40,589 bases of DNA, from positions 1 through 40,589 of the IMG/VR virus record IMGVR_UViG_2718217867_000004. One strand, written 5' to 3'. The notes beneath the pieces are model-generated. The model saw only the letters and a list, made by a program, of their open reading frames with translations. It was not told the DNA's origin and did not search any database. Positions 19,149 through 28,264 of the stretch are shown here, in pieces (positions within the stretch are counted from its first letter, which is position 1; every line of letters begins with the position of its first letter). The position numbers were made by a program, and so were the translations under genes. This DNA comes from a virus. Lineage: Duplodnaviria; Heunggongvirae; Uroviricota; Caudoviricetes.

Positions 19149-19448
19149 TTACTCAGTAACTACCGCACCTTCCGGTAATTCCATACCGGCAAATACCGGA
19201 CAACCAGGATGACGCTTATCTTCTGTTGCTTCCAGCATTGACTCACCAAACCACTCCGTCGTGGCGCGACCATCAGCTGCTTTGTAGTGGATCAGGTACT
19301 GGTTTTCGCCATCCGCATACTGCGCGCGGGCTTTAATCTCACCCCATTCATCACTGATGCGCATCTCCACCAGTTGAGACAACTCAAACTTAAACGGAGC
19401 AGCATCAGCACCAATTACAAACGGTTTGTTTTCTGTTTTTTCCATCAT
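19149..19448 (-). CDS. Hypothetical protein (about 100 aa)
   Basis: Start at MMEKTENK with a CAGGAG SD; acidic soluble protein, no recognisable motif. Confidence 0.45.
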   Translation of the reverse strand: MMEKTENKPFVIGADAAPFKFELSQLVEMRISDEWGEIKARAQYADGENQYLIHYKAADGRATTEWFGESMLEATEDKRHPGCPVFAGMELPEGAVVTE

Positions 19449-19618
19449 CGTCTCCTGATATCTAAGCCCGTCGCCGCACCGGATACTGATCAACATTTGA
19501 GTATTCGCGGCGACATAAAGAATTTATTTTATTGAATAACCACAAACTCAGAATTTCATGCTTTCCGGTCGCTGACGCACCCTTCATTTTCAGCAAAATG
19601 TTCTGCTCTTACAGGCAA

Positions 19619-19801
19619 TCAGTTCTGCAGACACTGCCGAACATCGTCGACAATTTCACAGACCTGAGAAGCTGTATCGAAAAGCTGGCGCGCTTTATCC
19701 AGGCTGACGCATCCCACCAGGAAAAAAGGCACCAGTATCGCTACCAGTGCCCATTTCACCGCCGCTCGCGGCATTCTGTGTGTCCAGTGTTTTCTGCTCA
19801 T
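19619..19801 (-). CDS. Putative lipoprotein (spanin-like / Bor-like)
   Basis: Start at MSRKHW (AGGTGG SD); signal peptide with lipobox LVGC; directly downstream of the endolysin. Confidence 0.4.
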   Translation of the reverse strand: MSRKHWTHRMPRAAVKWALVAILVPFFLVGCVSLDKARQLFDTASQVCEIVDDVRQCLQN

Positions 19802-19815
19802 AACCCACCTGGTTA

Positions 19816-20199
19816 TCAGCGTTTCAACTGAAAATGAGGTCCGTCTTTCAGTGTTTTCCAGTCGCCGCCCCATTCGATGGCAGTTCCCAGCTCTGCGGCA
19901 GCCTGCTTAAATGCCTGCGCGATTTTCTCGTACAGAGGCCAGTCCCATGACACCTGGCTGCCAATGTAGGCCACAACATCCACCGCATCACCGGTCAGGT
20001 GGCGGCTGTTCATGGTCTGGCTTTTTCCTTCCGCGACCAGTTGTTTCTGGCGCTCTTTCGTGCGCAGACCTTCCGTAATACCAAAATCAACCTCCGTCAG
20101 TTCAAGGGCACGGCGAACTACAGCAACCAGCTGTGGTCTGACACCCTCCAGATTTTTCTCGCTCCGGCGGCTGAATCTGAATTTACCCGACATATTCAC
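19816..20199 (-). CDS. Endolysin, peptidase M15 family (L-alanyl-D-glutamate endopeptidase-like)
   Basis: 127 aa; SRHLTGDAVD and WGGDW motifs typical of zinc-dependent M15 cell-wall peptidases; sits in the lysis cassette. Confidence 0.85.
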   Translation of the reverse strand: MNMSGKFRFSRRSEKNLEGVRPQLVAVVRRALELTEVDFGITEGLRTKERQKQLVAEGKSQTMNSRHLTGDAVDVVAYIGSQVSWDWPLYEKIAQAFKQAAAELGTAIEWGGDWKTLKDGPHFQLKR

Positions 20200-20471
20200 C
20201 TCAACAATGGAAAGATTCTTGTGACGTTCCCGCGTGCGCGTATCACCAGCACGCAGAACAGCAGATTAAAAAACACCTCCAGCCAGCCCGTTGCTAACGA
20301 GCGACCACACAGATAGCTGAGGGGGGCAAAGGCATACAGCAGCATCAGCAGCCAGGCCAGCCATGACATCAGCGGTTTGTGCCTGGAGTCACGACGACGA
20401 TAAAAAAAGAGCGTCAGCACGATAACCGTGCATAACGCCACATTCAGCAATCCGGGAAGGTTACTTAACAT
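20196..20471 (-). CDS. Membrane protein of lysis cassette (holin/antiholin-like)
   Basis: 91 aa, strongly hydrophobic with several predicted TM helices; between holin and endolysin. Confidence 0.5.
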   Translation of the reverse strand: MLSNLPGLLNVALCTVIVLTLFFYRRRDSRHKPLMSWLAWLLMLLYAFAPLSYLCGRSLATGWLEVFFNLLFCVLVIRARGNVTRIFPLLR

Positions 20472-20856
20472 TGCCGCCTCCTCCGCCCCGCAGGCGCGAG
20501 AACAGACCAGACACCAGTGATGCGATATCCTGCTGGTGGATGAATGACATAATCTTTACCGACACCAGCGATACCAGCACCGCACACAATGCATCTGCAG
20601 ACGTGCCGTCATAACCAGTTTTTGATGCCACCCAGGCTGAAAGCAAACGCGCACCCAGTACGCCGACGATAAATGACACAAGAAAATGTGCCGCCACCCG
20701 CCATGCTGAAAGCGCCTGCGGTATCGTTGCAACAAACAACGCCCCCGCAAATGCGCCAAACACAATCCCGAAATCCGTTCCGGTAAACAGCCCGAAAACA
20801 GTCGCCCCACCGAGCGCAGCAGCTGTGCCGGAACCGGATAAGGGTTCAGACATACT
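20461..20856 (-). CDS. Holin-like membrane protein
   Basis: Start at MSEPLSG (CAGGAG SD); Gly/Ala-rich multi-TM protein; first gene after a strong terminator. Confidence 0.6.
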   Translation of the reverse strand, partial: SMSEPLSGSGTAAALGGATVFGLFTGTDFGIVFGAFAGALFVATIPQALSAWRVAAHFLVSFIVGVLGARLLSAWVASKTGYDGTSADALCAVLVSLVSVKIMSFIHQQDIASLVSGLFSRLRGGGGGNVK

Positions 20857-20892
20857 TTTTCTCCTGTAAATTAAAAAAGGCCACCAGCGGAC

Positions 20893-20942
20893 CAAAAAAA
20901 ACACCACACCAAAGACATCCGCAGATGCCTTTGTGTGGTGTT
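20893..20942 (-). terminator. Rho-independent terminator upstream of the lysis cassette
   Basis: Minus-strand hairpin with 14-bp arms (ACACCACACAAAGG / CTTTGGTGTGGTGT) followed by T8. Confidence 0.6.
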
Positions 20943-21653
20943 ATTCAGATTTGATATGTATGGGACGTGGAGCGAATACAACAAAGCCCGTCAGAACAGG
21001 CCTCAAAAAAAAGCCAGCTCTGGGGAGGCTGGCAGGAATGAAAAATGACTCTCGAGATTATTCATCACAAAACGGATTACTTTGCGCTGAACAGAATGCT
21101 CCTTCATCGTATATTTCTCAACTGGAGAGACTCATTTTCAGATTTTGTTATCTGTCATATTGACAGTCCCCACTTCTCCGGGGTAGTGAAGTAAGTGGCG
21201 TTTGCTTCCTGTAAATACCCGAGGGTTATCCATGATCTCTTGTATAAGGCATTCCTCAGTGGACTAATTTCGGAGTTATCATCCCGTTCAATTTCATCCA
21301 GGATCCCCTACTAAATAAGTTCACCATTCTTCAGGTGGCAGTTTCTTTCAGCCAGCCGTGCACTCAACAGCATATTCTTGTCGGACTCAGAATAACTCCT
21401 GCAAATGCAACAATGATGGCCGTCGCCCCAATAACCTTGTGCTGCCCGCATCTGTAAAAAGCGAAGGCCCCAAATTACCAGAATAAAACTGAGCAGATAT
21501 CCGACCTTCGTTACCGCATTGACTTCATTGTCTCATACACCAGGAGCAGCGAATTGCAAAGGATGAAGCACGCCCCATGAAGATTCTCCCAAAAACTATA
21601 ATTGTAAAAACCAAAGTAGCGGAAGCGAGCACTTGTAACCCCGAACTTTGAAT

Positions 21654-21680
21654 AAAAAAAAACCGCCTGGAGCGGCGGTT
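21654..21680 (-). terminator. Rho-independent terminator downstream of the tRNA pair
   Basis: Minus-strand hairpin ACCGCCGCTCCAGGCGGT followed by T9. Confidence 0.6.
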
Positions 21681-22032
21681 AATGGCATATAAAAACGCAT
21701 GATTTAATTTTATTCAGAAGTGTCGGGTGCCACCCGAAGCATCCAGCCCCACAAGGATACTGTGGTTTCCCGCTAAACCGACTCTTTAAACCACCCTCGC
21801 ACTGAGGAACACCTCTGTAGTGTTTTTACAACACCGGGATAGTGCATCATCAGCCCTGCCAGGAAATACTAAATCTCCACCGATAATGCACCATTCCATT
21901 GTTGTAAAAAATCAGCACTGAGGCTATAACCGACCTCAAACCATAGCCTGAGGACCAAAGATGTATTAAAACAACCTGCCCCCACGTAAAAAAACACGCC
22001 AGTGCTGTATAATTCGTGTTGCCAGAATAATG

Positions 22033-22107
<75 letters not shown>

Positions 22108-22110
22108 CAT

Positions 22111-22186
<76 letters not shown>

Positions 22187-22352
22187 CATTGGTTCCTCAG
22201 GTGTGGATGAGATGCCCGGATACATAAATTACCCTCCCTTGGAACCGACGAAGAATAATAATGAATTCCGCTCCTGTTTCAATACAAACAATGTCAGGTA
22301 TTTAAAACATAATTATACAATATTATAAAAATTAAAAAGTTCGCAAAAAAAG

Positions 22353-23399
22353 TTAACTATTGTTTCTTACTTCATCAACCGTTTGATTAAACCTATCCGT
22401 TTCCAGCTCTACACCAATAGCTCTACGTTCCAGATAGAGCGCAGCCTTTATAGTCGCCCCCGATCCCATAAAAAAGTCTGCAACCAGTTCCCCCGGACGA
22501 CTGCTGGCTGTAATTATCTGCCGCAACATATCTGCTGGCTTCTCACACGGATGTTTACCCGGATAATACTGCACAGGTTTGTGCGTCCAGACATCCGTAT
22601 AAGGAACGGCAGCTGATACGGAAAAATAACGCCGCAAAGATTTATACTCTTCCAGCAGGCTGACATATTGCCGGTTCAGTTCGCTGTATGTGCTGACCAG
22701 ATGGTGGTGTGGCTTTTCCAGTTCTCCGCGTTGATGTTTTTCTGCTGCAACACGCGCAAACAACGCCTGCAGCTTTCTGTAATCAGCTTCGTTCGGTAAC
22801 TGCCACTGGCTGGCACCAAACCAGTGCGAAGCCATGTTTTTCTTTCCGGTGGCTTCCGCTATCTGTTTCGGCGTTATCCCCAGTGATTCACGCGCATCAC
22901 GAAAGTAAGAAATCAGCGGAGCCATGACATGCTGTTTAAGCTCGCGCCCCTTTGCCACATAGCCATCATTTTTTGGCCGATATGGCCCCTGGTAATGTTC
23001 AGCAAACAGTATGTGCTCTGTTGCCGGGAAATATGCCCTCAGGCTTTCCTTCCTGCACCCGTTCCAGCGTCCGGACGGCTTCGCCCAGATGATATGGTTA
23101 AGCACGTTGAAATGTTCACGCAACATGATCTCGATATCAGATGCCAGACGATGCCCACAGAACAGATAAAGACTTCCGGCGGGCTTCAGTACCCGCCAGA
23201 ACTGCGCCAGACACTGGTCCAGCCACTTCAGGTAATCATCGTCACCCTTCCACTGGTTATCCCAGCCCTCGGGCTTCACTTTAAAGTATGGCGGGTCTGT
23301 GACTATCAAATCGACAGAGTTTTCCGGTAAGGTCTGGATAAATCCCAGGCAATCAGCGTTGATTAACTCACAACTGGATATTTTTACAGTGTTAACCAT
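22353..23399 (-). CDS. DNA methyltransferase (N6-adenine/N4-cytosine, beta class), orphan
   Basis: 348 aa; N-terminal DPPY motif (VTDPPYF) and C-terminal FxGxG motif (FFMGSGAT); no adjacent restriction endonuclease gene. Confidence 0.9.
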   Translation of the reverse strand: MVNTVKISSCELINADCLGFIQTLPENSVDLIVTDPPYFKVKPEGWDNQWKGDDDYLKWLDQCLAQFWRVLKPAGSLYLFCGHRLASDIEIMLREHFNVLNHIIWAKPSGRWNGCRKESLRAYFPATEHILFAEHYQGPYRPKNDGYVAKGRELKQHVMAPLISYFRDARESLGITPKQIAEATGKKNMASHWFGASQWQLPNEADYRKLQALFARVAAEKHQRGELEKPHHHLVSTYSELNRQYVSLLEEYKSLRRYFSVSAAVPYTDVWTHKPVQYYPGKHPCEKPADMLRQIITASSRPGELVADFFMGSGATIKAALYLERRAIGVELETDRFNQTVDEVRNNS

Positions 23400-23620
23400 A
23401 GATCAATAAGCACTTCTCTGATAGGCTCATTCCGCTTTTGCGCAAAGCAGATGGGCCTGAGGTTTGCTTGTGACCCCAACGCATGAGCAGATGGCTGGCA
23501 GGTGCCGCTAACACCCACCAGCCGCCCATTACCACAAATAAAAAAGCCTTCACTGCGGAAGGCGTCTGTAACAACCGAACTGATAATCAGCCAGGCCCGC
23601 CATAACAAGCTGGGTCAGTA

Positions 23621-23740
23621 TTAGCGCTCGCGTGAAAGGTAAGTATTCTGCGCAATCTCCCCGACGGTCGCCGGTTCGGTGACGCTTAATTCATTAAACA
23701 CAACTCTGGCGGTTTCGGTCATATCCTGCTGTTTTAGCAT
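23621..23740 (-). CDS. Small hypothetical protein (39 aa)
   Basis: Start at MLKQQDM with a weak AAGGGA SD; the longer track ORF needs a GTG start. Confidence 0.25.
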   Translation of the reverse strand: MLKQQDMTETARVVFNELSVTEPATVGEIAQNTYLSRER

Positions 23741-23861
23741 GTCTTTTTCCCTTTTCTGGTTAACGTGACATACCAATAACTCATGTCGAAAAAGCCAGCA
23801 AGCAGAAAGACCAGTATTAATAACCACAGCACATTTAACGCACTGCGCTACTTTGCGAGCA

Positions 23862-23885
23862 CAAAAAACCCGCTCAGAGGCGGGT
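23862..23885 (-). terminator. Rho-independent terminator downstream of the CPBP gene
   Basis: Minus-strand hairpin CCCGCCTCTGAGCGGG followed by T6. Confidence 0.6.
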
Positions 23886-24025
23886 TCAGGCTATGCAGTG
23901 AAATAACCACTCTTAAAAGCATACATGATTTTTTACGTACGTAAATACTTTGCCGTGCATATTTCTCATGCAAATGTCACATCCTGCTATTTTTCAGTGT
24001 TATAAATTTAAGGCCATAGAAAAAA

Positions 24026-24850
24026 TCAATTATGTTTTAAGAATGGATAGGTAAAGAATAACAAGTGACACAGATTCAGACCAAAATGGAAAAGGGTTGC
24101 CACCCACAAGCGCCCACTCCACATCCATGACAATCCATACACAACACCAGATAACGTGGCAAATAATACAAGTAAAGCACCACCTGAATAGTGAAAAAGA
24201 CCAAACAACAAAGACGCCACAATTAACGCAATCAATGGAGACGTTACTTCTGATAGCCGTGATTGAATATACCCTCTAAATAATGATTCCTCTGCCAGAG
24301 ACACAAAAAACAAATTAGCCAATATAAACTCTGGCAACCACTCAGGAAAATGAATCTCTGGCTTTAACCCACCAAAAAAAACAGCCCAAAAAAGGATAAG
24401 AGGAACAGAGAGCAACAGAGCCCCCCATTTCCACAAAGACACTTCTGATTTCACTTCTTTTTTAAACAAAGAAGCTGTACACAGGACTAACAAAAATGGC
24501 ACCAGCGCTTTATCAAAATTAAAATACATTGTATAGGGAGTGCTTTGAGGTCCGACAGTAACAGACTTTAGCACTACAGGATTGTGAAACCCTGGCCATA
24601 AATGGAAAGATAATGCTATGGCTGATAAAACTATGCCAGCTTCATATATGGATTTAGCCCAGGCGTTATATTTCCAGTTGAACTTCAAAATAATAAAAAA
24701 AACGATTGTAGCAACAAAAAACAACACAGGCCAATCAATAATATCATTAAGCACAGCCAGGACAACAGACACCGTCAACAATGAAAAAGCCACTACCTTA
24801 TGCCAACTGAGAGTTGACAGTGACAGTGCTAACACAATCCACATAAACAC
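24026..24850 (-). CDS. CPBP family intramembrane metalloprotease (CAAX protease / Abi family)
   Basis: 274 aa polytopic membrane protein with EExxxR (LAEESLFRGY), FxxxH (FGLFHYS) and a second His motif (LFHFGLN); strong AAGGAG SD; markedly low GC; first gene downstream of Q. Confidence 0.85.
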   Translation of the reverse strand: MFMWIVLALSLSTLSWHKVVAFSLLTVSVVLAVLNDIIDWPVLFFVATIVFFIILKFNWKYNAWAKSIYEAGIVLSAIALSFHLWPGFHNPVVLKSVTVGPQSTPYTMYFNFDKALVPFLLVLCTASLFKKEVKSEVSLWKWGALLLSVPLILFWAVFFGGLKPEIHFPEWLPEFILANLFFVSLAEESLFRGYIQSRLSEVTSPLIALIVASLLFGLFHYSGGALLVLFATLSGVVYGLSWMWSGRLWVATLFHFGLNLCHLLFFTYPFLKHN

Positions 24851-24994
24851 TCCTTTTATTTAATGATGAAGATTGATTATCAATATTTTCAATTCACCTG
24901 GCAACATTTTGTTTACTTTCCATAAAATTCACGACCACAAAATAAACACATTGATTATAAACATAGGAAACATAACCATAGTCACTATATATCC

Positions 24995-25369
24995 CTACCG
25001 CATATCCATATCTAACCTGACATTCAGAGCCATAAGCATTCCTTCAATAATACCTTCTGCTTTATAAAGTCTTTTACCAATAAGCCCATCAGAACATCTA
25101 TGCTTACGTGCAAGAGCCATAAATGTCATTCCACCTACGTAATAATCCACCAACAAATTGTGCAAATACTGATTATTCTTGTTTAATCGTGCCATACAGC
25201 CACAAATTATCATGGCGTCATCATCAGAACACTGAGGACGTGATTTCACTTTAGCCGGGATTAATCCTTTAAAACCAGCAGCTATCGAGGGCCATGTTAC
25301 ATCTTCATGATTATTTGCTGCCCATGCTCCCCACCGCTCCATAACCAGCTGAATATCACGCAACATCAT
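24995..25369 (-). CDS. Late-gene antiterminator Q (933W-type Q family)
   Basis: 124 aa; closely matches the Stx-phage 933W Q sequence as I recall it (RDIQ...[16 protein letters not shown]...IICGCMARL...GMLMAL). Confidence 0.9.
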   Translation of the reverse strand: MMLRDIQLVMERWGAWAANNHEDVTWPSIAAGFKGLIPAKVKSRPQCSDDDAMIICGCMARLNKNNQYLHNLLVDYYVGGMTFMALARKHRCSDGLIGKRLYKAEGIIEGMLMALNVRLDMDMR

Positions 25370-25727
25370 TACATCCTCTTATTACGAATATATTCACACC
25401 CAGTCGCCCACCGCAAACAGGCAGACCACGCACAATATTGATTTCATCAAACTGCTCGTCGTCTATGAGTAGTCCGGCATGCGTCAGCGCATCCAGTGGT
25501 GCTTTCAGGATATTGTCCAGGTCACGACGGCGCTTATCCGGTGGCTCTGCAATAATCTTTATCGCCAGCCTTCCGGACAGGTTTAATTTCAACCGCTGCT
25601 GGCAAACAATTAGCGCCACATCACGGCGATAACGCTTTCCGGCTTCTGAGATGAAATACGTATTGCCATGACGTCGCCAGTAGGTATTCACCGTCGGCGG
25701 GTAAGGCAAAACAAACTCTATACGCAT
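25356..25727 (-). CDS. rusA: Holliday junction resolvase RusA
   Basis: 123 aa; [20 protein letters not shown] motif matches the RusA active-site region. Confidence 0.9.
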   Translation of the reverse strand: MRIEFVLPYPPTVNTYWRRHGNTYFISEAGKRYRRDVALIVCQQRLKLNLSGRLAIKIIAEPPDKRRRDLDNILKAPLDALTHAGLLIDDEQFDEINIVRGLPVCGGRLGVNIFVIRGCNDVA

Positions 25728-25739
25728 CAGTAACCTCTT

Positions 25740-26789
25740 TTACCCAAGCACGCCGGTTGCAAAGGCGTGATCAAGAAAACGAAAAATTAAATCAACCTGG
25801 GAACCATGCTTTTCTTCGAACGCCTGCGGATCTGCATGAAGTTCGTTGTGATGTTCCCGACACAGCGGCAACGTAAAAATATCGTGGGCTTTTGTCCCCA
25901 TCCCGCCCTGACCGTGACCAATCAGGTGATGGGGATCGTCTGCTGGCTTACCACAACACGTACACGGCTGTGTCTTCACCCAGCGCGTATATTTCTCATT
26001 TACCCAACGGCGACGTTTAGGCCGCCTCATGAAAGATTCCGGTGACTCCGGATCAACGGTGATGCTGACCACCGTCTTTTCCTGTGGTGGGTTTTGTTGC
26101 TGGTGGGCGTGAGATGGCTGCACAAGATTTTTTGTGCGCTGCTTCAGTACGCTGGTGGCTGTCTGCTCTCCCGGTATGATGTCGCTTTCGCGGTACACCG
26201 AGCGGATTTTTTCCGCACGCAATCCCAGAGAACGACGTAATACTGCCTCCGGAAGCGCGTCCGCCACTTGATTGCAGACCGCCCACCAAGATAATTCAGC
26301 TAGCGATAACTCTCGCTCCTGTGTGCCATTCATTGCGTGACGGATGACGTCAATCATCCATGCTGACAAGTTTTGGTGAGCTAGTAGCCCGAGTGATTCG
26401 GAGGTCTGGTCACGCAACTGGTTGTCGCAGTGCCAGCACAACACCATCGCGCCAGAGTCATAACGGTGAATGACGGTTTCACTGTGGTGATAATCGCCGT
26501 GTGGCCACTGGCAGGATTTAACATGGCGCAGTAACCAGTGAGACAATGCGCCAGCGCCACCAGCAGCACGAATCACTCGTTCGTCGCTGAAAAATGACAG
26601 TAATGATTTATCCTCCGCCAGCGGCTGGCGAACGGCAGGGACGACTCCGGACGGCAGACCGAGCATGCTTTTCGGTTCCGGCTCCACCAGCACTCGAGGA
26701 TTGTGAAATACCTGCATGGATTCACGACCTGGTTTAAGGACCACCAGCCCGAGTTCCGGTACCAGAACAGGTCGAAGTAATACCCGCAC
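25740..26789 (-). CDS. DUF968-like protein with C-terminal HNH-type zinc-binding motif
   Basis: 349 aa; C-terminal CTCCGKPADDPHHLIGHG...CREHHNELH; nin-region position upstream of rusA; start codon uncertain (GTG in the track). Confidence 0.7.
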   Translation of the reverse strand: MRVLLRPVLVPELGLVVLKPGRESMQVFHNPRVLVEPEPKSMLGLPSGVVPAVRQPLAEDKSLLSFFSDERVIRAAGGAGALSHWLLRHVKSCQWPHGDYHHSETVIHRYDSGAMVLCWHCDNQLRDQTSESLGLLAHQNLSAWMIDVIRHAMNGTQERELSLAELSWWAVCNQVADALPEAVLRRSLGLRAEKIRSVYRESDIIPGEQTATSVLKQRTKNLVQPSHAHQQQNPPQEKTVVSITVDPESPESFMRRPKRRRWVNEKYTRWVKTQPCTCCGKPADDPHHLIGHGQGGMGTKAHDIFTLPLCREHHNELHADPQAFEEKHGSQVDLIFRFLDHAFATGVLG

Positions 26790-26790
26790 G

Positions 26791-27063
26791 TTACCTCCAG
26801 ATCCGTTGCTGGAATGTGCGGGACGGACGCGGTGGGCGTTCGGAGTAAGGAAGCCTGACGGAGATTATCCAGTGACGATAATCGAGGCTGAGGGCTTTCT
26901 TAATCTCGTATCCGTGTCTGCGGTAGCACTGAATTAGCCATTCAGCTTGTTCTTCAGTACATGGGGGATGCTGGTACCAATCAGATTTAAATGCGCGAGA
27001 GCGCCGCCCGTGCCTGCTGGCAAGGTCGGTATCAGAATTGTGATGTTTGGTATTGTGCGCCAT
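26791..27063 (-). CDS. Hypothetical nin-region protein
   Basis: Start placed at the first ATG (MAHNTKHH); the track's longer ORF needs a TTG start. Confidence 0.45.
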   Translation of the reverse strand: MAHNTKHHNSDTDLASRHGRRSRAFKSDWYQHPPCTEEQAEWLIQCYRRHGYEIKKALSLDYRHWIISVRLPYSERPPRPSRTFQQRIWR

Positions 27064-27249
27064 CTGTTTTCTCTGCAGGCGCAGCAGGTGCCAGTTGTTC
27101 AGGCTGGCGTGCGGCAATATTGTCTCTGATTTCTGTTGTCGTCAACCGCTTCTGCGCTTACTCACTTGATGAGTGAGGCGATTAACTTTACTATTTACTT
27201 AACAGGTTTTTCCTGTACCACAATTCCCCAATACAGGAGGCCATCATGA

Positions 27250-27582
27250 GTGACGACAAAAAAATTGAGTTCAGCACCAGCTGATGTGTTGAATGCTTTA
27301 CTCCATCGCCATCAGAATATGCAACATCTTGCAACACAGGAAAGCGTTGATAACTTACGTCGCGAGATTGATAGTCGATTTAATGCTTCACAAGAAAACG
27401 TTGATAATCTGCGTCGGGAAGTCGATAGTCGCTTTAACTCTTTGCAAAATCAGTTAATGTCGGTTGATAAGCGTCTGGATAAACTGGAAACCAAGTTTGA
27501 CCGACTCCAGTGGTTTATCGTTGCCGCTGCTCTGGCACTCATCTTTAAAGATTACATCCTCAGGTTTATGGGTGCTTTATAA
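27250..27582 (+). CDS. Coiled-coil protein with C-terminal transmembrane helix (membrane-anchored)
   Basis: 110 aa; internal repeat (SVDNLRREIDSRFNASQ / NVDNLRREVDSRFNSLQ), C-terminal hydrophobic helix; GTG start 10 nt after an AGGAGG SD, with an ATG four bases upstream in another frame; convergent with hok. Confidence 0.55.
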   Translation: MTTKKLSSAPADVLNALLHRHQNMQHLATQESVDNLRREIDSRFNASQENVDNLRREVDSRFNSLQNQLMSVDKRLDKLETKFDRLQWFIVAAALALIFKDYILRFMGAL

Positions 27583-27585
27583 AAC

Positions 27586-27609
27586 CATAAAAAACCCGCC
27601 GAAGCGGGT
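27586..27609. terminator. Bidirectional terminator between the coiled-coil gene and hok
   Basis: Hairpin CCCGCCGAAGCGGG flanked by an A-run upstream and TT downstream on the plus strand; strong T-run on the minus strand. Confidence 0.6.
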
Positions 27610-27678
27610 TAAGTGCGGGTGCGTTGAGGATGCCTGACACATCAGAGGTGGCGAGGGATTTCTCCCCCGCCTGGTCTC

Positions 27679-27834
27679 TTACTCCTCAGGTTCGTAAGCT
27701 GTGAAGACAGCGACCTCCGTCTGGCCGGTTCGGATTCGTACCTCGCAGAGGTCTTTCCTCGTTACCAGTGCCGTCACTATGACGGTTAAACAGATGACGA
27801 TCAGGGCGATTAACATCGCCTTTTGCTGCTTCAT
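27679..27834 (-). CDS. hokD: Hok/Gef family type I toxin (HokD/RelF-like)
   Basis: 51 aa MKQQKAMLIALIVICLTVIVTALVTRKDLCEVRIRTGQTEVAVFTAYEPEE: single TM helix plus the conserved Hok motif; matches the HokD sequence as I recall it. Confidence 0.9.
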   Translation of the reverse strand: MKQQKAMLIALIVICLTVIVTALVTRKDLCEVRIRTGQTEVAVFTAYEPEE

Positions 27835-27892
27835 AGCCTGCTTCTCCTTGCCTTTCGGCACGTAAGAGGCTAATCTTCAGTTGTCGAGACAT
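27686..27892 (-). CDS. mok-like overlapping reading frame (modulator of killing)
   Basis: 68-codon ORF starting upstream of hok and overlapping it in another frame, as in hok/mok/sok loci. Confidence 0.45.
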   Translation of the reverse strand: MSRQLKISLLRAERQGEAGYEAAKGDVNRPDRHLFNRHSDGTGNEERPLRGTNPNRPDGGRCLHSLRT

Positions 27893-28264
27893 AAGACTGG
27901 CCTCACTTCGATTTATAGTCGGGTGGGGCTTTTCTCTATCTGCCGTTGGTGTTCATGCCCGAGGCAGATAGCCTCAAGCACCCGCAGCAATTCTACTTAA
28001 CTCCCATCACCTCGCCAATATGAAATCAATCAGAAAGGTGATCCATGAGAACAATAACAAGACAATAAATTGCCATTACAGCCACAATAGCCAGCGCGCA
28101 TTTCAGAACCAGCACGATAACCTCCCACATTTAGCGTGCACGTGCATGATAAATATGTGTCCGTGTTATCACAGCAGCAATAGAAGATAAGATTTCGTTA
28201 TGTCGATATTTAACTCTGTGCGTTAAGCGCCCTGCTTATGTACACAAGGCGCGTTCTTAATGCC

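Noticed and set aside
21690-22032. Possible third tRNA downstream of tRNA-Gly
   Set aside because: No acceptor stem / T-loop (GGTTCGA) / CCA arrangement found on either strand; only isolated hairpins.
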